A stretch of DNA of 54,960 bases. It comes from Candidatus Woesearchaeota archaeon (GTDB taxonomy: Archaea; Nanobdellota; Nanobdellia; SCGC-AAA011-G17; UBA489). The position numbers were made by a program, and so were the translations under genes. Position 1 is the stretch's first letter. The number at the start of each line of letters is the position of its first letter. A model generated the notes under the pieces. That model did no database searches, was not told the origin of the DNA, and was given only the letters and a program-made list of their open reading frames with translations. The stretch covers positions 1 to 54,960 of the forward strand of contig JAERTB010000009.1 in the NCBI GenBank assembly GCA_016845225.1. Reading direction: 5' to 3'. Below, piece by piece: positions 48,181-54,303 of the stretch.

Positions 48181-49377
48181 TTATTTAGAAGACATAATTT
48201 CTATTACATCTCCATTTCTCAAAACATGTTCTTTTCCTACAGGGACCTTTCTTTTAACGTCCATTGCCTTAACAAATCCATTTCCTATATCTGAGTGTAT
48301 TTTGAAAGCAAAGTCTAATGCAGTTGATCCATTTTTCATTAAAAAACAGTCAGGCAAAACATTTCCATCTTTGTCTGCTAAATTGTTCATTCCACCAGGA
48401 TAAACATGAATATAATCTAATAAACCAAATACTGCAGCATTAATTGCTGCTTGCACACCTGTGCCTTCAGCATTATAATCTAAAACATTTGTTTTGATAA
48501 ACTCTAATCCTCGTTTTTGCTTATCTCCTAATTCTCCAATTATTTCAAAATCTTTTTCTCCAGGAACATATTTGATTAATTCTTTTTTTGTCGCTTCTCT
48601 CAAAGCTAATTCAGAATCTGCTGCACAAGGAATTACAATTAAATTAGGATAATTTTCTCTAAGTTTGCTATAGTTTTCTTTTCCTTCAAGAATATCAACC
48701 TTATTTGCAACAATCACTATTGGCTTAGTCATTCTTCTCAAACTTCTAGCAAAAGTAAAAATTTCTTCTTCACTCCATTTTGCAGGAGCAGTTTCGCCTA
48801 AATTATTTTCCTTTAATGCATCCTCAACATGTTCTTCAAGAACTCTTAATCCAGATAATCTTTTAGCTATTGCCTTAACAGTATTTGCTCTTTCTTGCTG
48901 CATAACTCTAGTCATCTTTTCCCAATCTCTTTTCAGAATTCCCAAATACCACATATCTAATTCTTTTTCTAAAAATTTAACATCTTCTAATGGATCATGA
49001 GTTCCAACTTTTACAGTTTCTCCTTTTTCATTAGTTCCCCCACTAGCATCAATTACATGTAATAAAACATCTGCAGGTCTAAGATCATCTAAAAAAGCAT
49101 TTCCCAAGCCCTTTCCCTCATGTGCACCCGGGACCAATCCTGCAACATCAATTAATTCAACGGCAAGAAATCTTTTATGATCTAAACAAAAACCTGTTCG
49201 TGGATTACACTGTTTTTTAAACTCTTTATCTACACAATTTACCTTAACATGCCCTATTCCAGAATTTGCTTTAATGGTCGCAAAAGGATAATTAGCAATT
49301 TCTACTTCTGCCAAAGTGGCTGCTTTGAAAAATGTACTCTTTCCAACATTAGGTTTTCCAACTACTCCGATTATCAT
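48181..49377 (-). CDS. ychF: Obg-like ATPase/GTPase (YchF/OLA1 family) with a C-terminal TGS domain
   Basis: G1 GKPNVGKST, G3 DVAGLV, NKVD, and the TGS-like end VLRNGDVIEI. Confidence 0.9.
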   Translation of the reverse strand: MIIGVVGKPNVGKSTFFKAATLAEVEIANYPFATIKANSGIGHVKVNCVDKEFKKQCNPRTGFCLDHKRFLAVELIDVAGLVPGAHEGKGLGNAFLDDLRPADVLLHVIDASGGTNEKGETVKVGTHDPLEDVKFLEKELDMWYLGILKRDWEKMTRVMQQERANTVKAIAKRLSGLRVLEEHVEDALKENNLGETAPAKWSEEEIFTFARSLRRMTKPIVIVANKVDILEGKENYSKLRENYPNLIVIPCAADSELALREATKKELIKYVPGEKDFEIIGELGDKQKRGLEFIKTNVLDYNAEGTGVQAAINAAVFGLLDYIHVYPGGMNNLADKDGNVLPDCFLMKNGSTALDFAFKIHSDIGNGFVKAMDVKRKVPVGKEHVLRNGDVIEIMSSK

Positions 49378-49422
49378 ACTGCTTTTGAGCTATTTATTAG
49401 TTATAAGCTTTTCAGAAAAACT

Positions 49423-49430
49423 TTTTTAAA
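49423..49430 (+). promoter_or_regulatory. TATA-like box upstream of tRNA-Ile
   Basis: tttttaaa lies 26 nt before the tRNA 5' end. Confidence 0.45.
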
Positions 49431-49455
49431 GGACACAATCACCACATATGCATCA

Positions 49456-49569
49456 GGACCCGTAGCTTAGCCTGGCTTAAAGCGCCAGTCTTATATGACT
49501 CTTTTTCGATTAAGAAGGAGAAGGCTCTAAGCAAGCTGGAGATCTGGTGTTCAAATCACCACGGGTCCA
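49456..49569 (+). tRNA. tRNA-Ile (anticodon TAT) with a 38-nt canonical intron (49496..49533)
   Basis: Hand fold: acceptor GGACCCG/CGGGTCC, anticodon stem CCAGT/GCTGG, T arm TGGTG-TTCAAAT-CACCA. A BHB motif is present: 4-bp helix CTTA/TAAG flanked by 3-nt bulges TAT and CAA, with a long intron hairpin. The mature tRNA is 76 nt. Confidence 0.8.
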
Positions 49570-49571
49570 CA

Positions 49572-49577
49572 TTTTTT
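49572..49577 (+). terminator. oligo-T tract after tRNA-Ile
   Basis: A T6 run lies 3 nt after the discriminator base. This fits archaeal oligo-T termination. Confidence 0.5.
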
Positions 49578-49632
49578 AAAAAACTGGAAATCCAAACTTT
49601 TTTAAAAGAAATAAAAGAAATTTAAGCAACGT

Positions 49633-49707
49633 GCCTCGATAGTGTAGTCCGGTCTATCATTCCGGCTTTTCGAGCCGGGGACCCGGGTTCGAATCCCGGT
49701 CGAGGCG
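49633..49707 (+). tRNA. tRNA-Glu (anticodon TTC)
   Basis: Acceptor GCCTCGA/TCGAGGC, anticodon arm CCGGC-TTTTCGA-GCCGG, T arm CCGGG-TTCGAAT-CCCGG. Confidence 0.9.
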
Positions 49708-49708
49708 C

Positions 49709-49714
49709 TTTTTT
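49709..49714 (+). terminator. oligo-T tract after tRNA-Glu
   Basis: A T6 run immediately follows the tRNA 3' end. Confidence 0.5.
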
Positions 49715-49747
49715 CTTATAATTAACCACTTAAAAGAATAAAAAACA

Positions 49748-49755
49748 TTTATATA
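49748..49755 (+). promoter_or_regulatory. TATA box of the polybasic protein gene (leadered, SD-dependent)
   Basis: aaaaaacatttatatagt is identical over 18 nt to the promoter at 51108. The ATG is 54 nt downstream and carries the SD GAGGTGA. Confidence 0.55.
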
Positions 49756-49808
49756 GTCGCTAGAGTAATTTAATTTATTACATTCATAAATATAAGAGGT
49801 GAAATCAA

Positions 49809-50312
49809 ATGGCTGTAAGAAGAAAAACTGCAAGAAGAACTTCTACTAGAAGATCAACAGCCAGAAGAAAGACTGCTCGAAAAGTAGCAAGAAAAACTTC
49901 TGCAAGAAGATCTACTGTAAGAAGAAAAACTGCTAAAAGAGTAGTAAGGAAAAAAGTAGCAAGAAGATCAACTGCTCGAAAAGTAGCAAGAAGAAAAACT
50001 GCTAAAAGAGTAGTAAGGAAAAAAGTAGCTACAAGAAGGGCAGTAAGAAAACCTGTTAGAAAAAGAGCAACTGTTTCTAGAGCAAGAACTGTTCCTGTAA
50101 GAAGGAAGGCTTCTCCATCTCTAAAAAGAATAACAGCAGTTCCAAAAAGAACTAGCAAAGATCACGACTTAGCTGCAATGTATCTATCAATTTTAATTGT
50201 TGGTGTGGCAGGAATAATTTTATTATTTGCAAGACCTACACAAATGATGCAAAAAGTTATTGGAATACTATTAGTGGTATTGGGTCTTTGGGGATTATTA
50301 ATGAAGAAGTAA
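49809..50312 (+). CDS. membrane-anchored polybasic repeat protein
   Basis: About 115 aa of R/K-rich repeats (RRKTA[KR][KR]V[AV]RK), then two C-terminal hydrophobic helices. Strong SD GAGGTGA lies 6 nt before the ATG. Confidence 0.7.
   Translation: MAVRRKTARRTSTRRSTARRKTARKVARKTSARRSTVRRKTAKRVVRKKVARRSTARKVARRKTAKRVVRKKVATRRAVRKPVRKRATVSRARTVPVRRKASPSLKRITAVPKRTSKDHDLAAMYLSILIVGVAGIILLFARPTQMMQKVIGILLVVLGLWGLLMKK
49872..50029 (+). repeat. in-frame tandem and interspersed repeats in the polybasic ORF
   Basis: A 42-nt block at 49919-49960 is identical to 49988-50029 (69-nt period). actgctcgaaaagtagcaagaa is repeated at 49872 and 49971. Confidence 0.9.
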
Positions 50313-50317
50313 TTTCT

Positions 50318-50692
50318 TCATTTTTCTCTTATTTCTTTCCACTTGACTTTTTTAGAATTAATTAAGTCTCGTATCTTTTTTTGTTTAGCATTTAATTGAG
50401 ATTTTCCTGTTTTGAATTCTACAAAAACTAATTCATCATTTTCAAAACTAATTCCATCAATAGGAGATCCAAGAAATCTAAAGTTTTTAGGATCATAAGG
50501 ATAAGAATTCATGTAAGGAAATAGTTGTTCGAAAGCCTTTCCATGTTTTACTACTTTAGATCTATGGGCAAACAATAGTTCCTTATGTACTTCTTCAAGA
50601 ACAGCCAATTCTTTATTTTTAATCCAAATGAATACTGCTTGAATAAAAATCACAATAAATAGTAAGATGATTCCAAATGTTAGTAATTTCAT
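50318..50692 (-). CDS. membrane-anchored endonuclease-like protein related to Holliday junction resolvase (COG4741-like)
   Basis: N-terminal TM segment. C-terminal IDGISFENDELVFVEFKTGKSQLNAKQKKI fits a PD-(D/E)xK D...ExK...Q pattern. Confidence 0.55.
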   Translation of the reverse strand: MKLLTFGIILLFIVIFIQAVFIWIKNKELAVLEEVHKELLFAHRSKVVKHGKAFEQLFPYMNSYPYDPKNFRFLGSPIDGISFENDELVFVEFKTGKSQLNAKQKKIRDLINSKKVKWKEIREK

Positions 50693-50751
50693 AAATTTAC
50701 TCTGTCAAACTCCTATAAAAACTAAATCCTCAATAAAACACTACCAAAACC

Positions 50752-50758
50752 TTTAAAA
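50752..50758 (+). promoter_or_regulatory. TATA-like box of rpl41e
   Basis: tttaaaa lies 25 nt before the ATG at 50784. Confidence 0.45.
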
Positions 50759-50783
50759 GCCAAAATCTGACACTTACATACAC

Positions 50784-50888
50784 ATGAAAAGAAGCTCCAA
50801 AAGATGGAAGAAAAAGCATCAAATGCGTTGGAAATGGCAACGTAAAAGGATGAATAAAGAAAAGCGTAAGCGTAGACAAAACAAATAG
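50784..50888 (+). CDS. rpl41e: ribosomal protein L41e (34 aa, absent from the ORF track)
   Basis: Translates as MKRSSKRWKKKHQMRWKWQRKRMNKEKRKRRQNK. The KRSS.RWKKK..MRWKW..KR core matches archaeal L41e as I remember it. TATA-like TTTAAAA lies 25 nt upstream. Confidence 0.75.
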   Translation: MKRSSKRWKKKHQMRWKWQRKRMNKEKRKRRQNK

Positions 50889-50942
50889 TTCTAGTTAGAA
50901 ATCTTTTTAAAACAATTAATCGGCAGATAGTGTATATTATAC

Positions 50943-51014
50943 GCCACCGTGGCTCAATGGTAGAGCAGCGCTCTTGTAAAGCGCAGGTTGAGGGTTCAAG
51001 TCCCTTCGGTGGCT
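50943..51014 (+). tRNA. tRNA-Thr (anticodon TGT)
   Basis: Acceptor GCCACCG/CGGTGGC, anticodon arm GCGCT-CTTGTAA-AGCGC, T arm GAGGG-TTCAAGT-CCCTT. 72 nt. Confidence 0.85.
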
Positions 51015-51024
51015 TTTTATTTTT
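51014..51024 (+). terminator. T5-A-T5 tract between tRNA-Thr and tRNA-Val
   Basis: tttttattttt fills most of the 13-nt spacer. Confidence 0.4.
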
Positions 51025-51027
51025 CAC

Positions 51028-51100
51028 GAGCCCATGGTCTAGTAGCTATGACGTCGCCTTGACTTGGCGTAGATCGCAGGTGCAATTCCTGCTGGGCTCA
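51028..51100 (+). tRNA. tRNA-Val (anticodon GAC), atypical T loop
   Basis: Acceptor GAGCCCA/TGGGCTC, anticodon loop TTGACTT, T arm GCAGG-TGCAATT-CCTGC. There is a U27-U43 mismatch and a weak D stem. Confidence 0.7.
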
Positions 51101-51113
51101 TTCTAAAAAAACA

Positions 51114-51121
51114 TTTATATA
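51114..51121 (+). promoter_or_regulatory. TATA box of the Cys-rich gene pair
   Basis: aaaaaaacatttatatagt. The ATG is 22 nt downstream. Confidence 0.6.
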
Positions 51122-51142
51122 GTAATAGAACAAAATAAATTT

Positions 51143-51625
51143 ATGAAAGAAAGAGGATTTACATTAACAGTTATATTAATTCTTGCTGCGGCAATGTTCT
51201 CAACTAACTTAGTTACAGATAATTCCAATGATTTAAGTGGAATGCAATCAAAAGGAGAAAAACCTAATTGTGAAGAACAAACAATCACTATTGTAAAACC
51301 TAATCCTGATGCACCTCCTCCACCTATGACTATAACCGAAGATAAGGATGTTACAATTTGTGAAGGCAACTTAAAGGGTTGGAAAGGAGGAACCAATAGC
51401 GAAAAGCATAATCATTGTTACAGTGCTGCATTGGGTGAAATGTCCAAGGCATGTGATGCATATTGTAAATCTCAAGGCAAGGATGGCGGCAGAGTAAATA
51501 GTAAAAATTGTAAAGCTACAGGCTCTGGCATAGGTGCTGAATGTTATTATCGTGCCACGTGTTCTCCATTAGGTGACGGAGGATGCTTGTGCCTTACAAT
51601 AACAGACGAGCCATTTCCAAAATGA
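51143..51625 (+). CDS. secreted cysteine-rich protein with a prepilin-like (class III-like) N-terminus
   Basis: MKERGFTLTVILILAAAMF (G-FTL motif). Pro-rich linker. 10 Cys in the C-terminal 120 aa. Confidence 0.65.
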   Translation: MKERGFTLTVILILAAAMFSTNLVTDNSNDLSGMQSKGEKPNCEEQTITIVKPNPDAPPPPMTITEDKDVTICEGNLKGWKGGTNSEKHNHCYSAALGEMSKACDAYCKSQGKDGGRVNSKNCKATGSGIGAECYYRATCSPLGDGGCLCLTITDEPFPK

Positions 51626-51999
51626 AAATTAAAAACTCAAAAACAGTATTTATAATTTTAGTCTTAGTGGGTTCACTTATTCTATTCCAAGAACCCGCTA
51701 TTACTGGTAATGCTTCTAAAATTATTAAGCAACCAGTTAGCGAGACTTGCAAGGAAAAAGGAAAAGAAGAAGGCCAATATGCAGGTAAAGTTTGTTGTTT
51801 TAATGATGCTAAAAAAGGGGCAGATGAGCAATGTAGTAATCATTGTCAAAAAGAAAATCCTAACAAGATTTGTTCGGGAAGGGCCACTTGTGGAGAAGCA
51901 GGTGGAAAATATCCTAAAATTTGCAAATTAAGATGCACTGCATGTACCTGTTATTGTTGGGAAGAAACAAAAAAAGAAGCAGAAAAATCTCAAAAGTAG
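51622..51999 (+). CDS. secreted cysteine-rich protein, paralogue of the preceding gene
   Basis: Start at ATG 51622 (ATGA overlap). Signal-like MKIKNSKTVFIILVLVGSLILF. Shares the pattern C[YF]xxAxxGxxxxCxxxC[KQ] with the preceding gene. Confidence 0.6.
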   Translation: MKIKNSKTVFIILVLVGSLILFQEPAITGNASKIIKQPVSETCKEKGKEEGQYAGKVCCFNDAKKGADEQCSNHCQKENPNKICSGRATCGEAGGKYPKICKLRCTACTCYCWEETKKEAEKSQK

Positions 52000-52040
52000 T
52001 TTCTAAGTTCTTATCAATTTTTCAGTTTTTTTCAGAAACA

Positions 52041-52048
52041 TTTATATA
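52041..52048 (+). promoter_or_regulatory. TATA box of the wHTH-660 aa operon
   Basis: gaaacatttatata. A second tataaata follows at about 52057. Confidence 0.5.
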
Positions 52049-52081
52049 TCAACTCCCTATAAATAAACCTATTAAAAAGCT

Positions 52082-52324
52082 TTGAAAACTAAACAAAGGT
52101 GTTTTCATCCTTATTTAATACTAAAGGGGTTTAAAAGAGTGTTTCCTACAGAGAAAGAATTAATCTCATTCATCAAAAGAAAGGGCCTAGTTAACTTTAG
52201 CATGATCGCTAAATATTTTGACATAAAAAACACAACCGTTTCCGATTTAATCTCTTCCTTAGAAAAGAAAAAAATCCTCAAGGTAAAAAAGTTAGGGGGA
52301 TCAAAGATAGTTCTTCTAAAATGA
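52082..52324 (+). CDS. small winged-helix protein
   Basis: wHTH-like FSMIAKYFDIKNTTVSDLISSLEKKKILKVKK. The start is uncertain: TTG at 52082, or an in-frame GTG at 52138. The stop overlaps the next ATG. Confidence 0.5.
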   Translation: MKTKQRCFHPYLILKGFKRVFPTEKELISFIKRKGLVNFSMIAKYFDIKNTTVSDLISSLEKKKILKVKKLGGSKIVLLK

Positions 52325-54303
52325 TTTCAAAAAAAGGGCAGGCAACCACATTTGTAATATTGGGAATAGTTTTGCTAAGTACTGTAATAACTTTTGTTTA
52401 TTTTAAATCAGAAATAATGGATGCATTAGGAAAGAAAACACTAATTGAAGAACCAACAACAGAACAAATCAAAAATTTAAAACAATATACTCAATCTTGC
52501 ATGGAAGACTCGATAGAAACAGGAATTTCCTTATTAGGGTTACAGGGAGGATACATTTCGCAGCCATTAGATGAATCTCCTCCTGCACCCTATAACATGC
52601 TTTCAAATTCATTAGATATATTTAGTGATGGCGGATTAACTGTCCCATATTGGTCTTATCTTTCACCAAATGGAATTGAAAAAACTCAAGTTCCTTCAAA
52701 AAATGAAATGGAACAAGAACTAGAAGAATTTGCGATTCAAGAAACATTAATCTGCCTAAATGATTACACTCAATTCAAAATGGAAGGTTACCAAGTAACA
52801 AATACTGTCCCAATATTCAAAACTAAAATCAATGATGAAACCGTAAATGTGGATGTTTCTATGAATTTAGATGTAGAATACAATCAAGTATCTCAATCTT
52901 TCACCAAATTTAAGTTCGACATTGAAGCTCCGCTAGGAAATAACTACAGAAGAGCATTAGAATTATTTGAACATGAAAGCAATTCAGGATTCATAGAAAA
53001 TTTTACTTTGGATTTAATGGCAGTATATGATGAAATTCCTTATTCAGGGGTAGACTTTGAATGTACTCCGAGAACATGGTTAAAATCAAGAGTTATTCAA
53101 GATTTAAAATCAATAATGGAATTAAATCTTCCAACAATTAAAATAGAAGGAACAAATTACAAATTAAGAAATAAAAATGATGCATTATTGGTAGAAGATG
53201 CACTAAAAAAATCAGCAAGAGATACTTCAATCAATTTCCTTTTCTCTAGAAACTGGCCAATCATGATAGATATTATCGGAGAAAACTCAGAAATAATAAG
53301 AGGTGACCCATTCACTTCAGAAAATGAAGCAGCCAAATTCCTACTTCCACTATTCTGTCTAAATGATTATCATTTTGTATACGATATTAAATTTCCAGTT
53401 TTAATTTCATTAACAGAAGAAGATCACACTTTCCAATTTGCAATAATGGGCGTAATAGATAATAATCAACCAAAAACAAACAAAGTAGAAGTGCCTCAAT
53501 TTGAAGGAGAATCTGAAATATGTTCAAGAGCAGACACAAAAATAAAGGTAATTGCTTCAGAAGTTTTGCCTTCTGGATCCAAAGTTCCATTAAATGAAGC
53601 AGATGTTTCATATCAATGCACCTTTACAAATTGTGATTTGGGTACAACTAGACTGGAAGGGGCAGGATATTCACTAACAACATTATTCCCTCAATGTATT
53701 GGAGGACAATTAACTGCTTCAAAACAAGGATACCATTCACAAACAGAAACAATAAACACAAATGGTGAAGGAGTATTTGAGATTTCATTAGAACCTTATC
53801 AATACCTTCCAGTTCAAATTTTAGTTGAGTCTGATAGTGGACTAAGAACTCCATACGATACAGAAAAAATACTTTTCCAATTTGAAAATTCAGAAAGAGG
53901 ATATGCCACTAGTTACTATTACCCTTCGAATGAACCATTAAAACTATTGCCTGGAAACTACAAAGTTTCTTCAACTCTTATGGTAGATACCTCCCAAGGA
54001 TTTACATTCAATGAAAGAGAAATAGAGGTTTGTTCAGATGTTCCAAAGAGAGGGATTGGTGGAATGATGGGAATGACAGAAAAAAATTGTGTAAAACAAA
54101 CAATCCCTGAAATGGAATTAGACTCAGTTGTTGCAGGGGGAAGTTCTTTCGATTGGTATGCAGATGGAAGAGTATTAGCAACTTCAAATAAGATAACACT
54201 ATACACAAAAAGAGGAAAAACTCCTACAACATTAGAAGAAATGAATAAGGCATTTTCAACAAAAGAATCAGAGCAAAATATTATGAGGCCTACCTTCGAA
54301 TGA
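52321..54303 (+). CDS. large extracellular protein with a class III (archaeal prepilin-type) signal
   Basis: MISKKGQATTFVILGIVLLSTVITFVYF carries a KKGQ motif followed by a hydrophobic helix. The remaining ~630 aa has no recognised family. Confidence 0.65.
   Translation: MISKKGQATTFVILGIVLLSTVITFVYFKSEIMDALGKKTLIEEPTTEQIKNLKQYTQSCMEDSIETGISLLGLQGGYISQPLDESPPAPYNMLSNSLDIFSDGGLTVPYWSYLSPNGIEKTQVPSKNEMEQELEEFAIQETLICLNDYTQFKMEGYQVTNTVPIFKTKINDETVNVDVSMNLDVEYNQVSQSFTKFKFDIEAPLGNNYRRALELFEHESNSGFIENFTLDLMAVYDEIPYSGVDFECTPRTWLKSRVIQDLKSIMELNLPTIKIEGTNYKLRNKNDALLVEDALKKSARDTSINFLFSRNWPIMIDIIGENSEIIRGDPFTSENEAAKFLLPLFCLNDYHFVYDIKFPVLISLTEEDHTFQFAIMGVIDNNQPKTNKVEVPQFEGESEICSRADTKIKVIASEVLPSGSKVPLNEADVSYQCTFTNCDLGTTRLEGAGYSLTTLFPQCIGGQLTASKQGYHSQTETINTNGEGVFEISLEPYQYLPVQILVESDSGLRTPYDTEKILFQFENSERGYATSYYYPSNEPLKLLPGNYKVSSTLMVDTSQGFTFNEREIEVCSDVPKRGIGGMMGMTEKNCVKQTIPEMELDSVVAGGSSFDWYADGRVLATSNKITLYTKRGKTPTTLEEMNKAFSTKESEQNIMRPTFE

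Noticed and set aside
49805-50158. 117-aa minus-strand ORF (L/F/T/A-rich)
   Set aside because: It is the shadow of the AGA/AAA-rich repeat region of the polybasic gene. The plus strand has the strong SD and promoter.
50722-51027. 101-aa minus-strand ORF
   Set aside because: It overlaps tRNA-Thr and is antisense to the much better supported L41e ORF.
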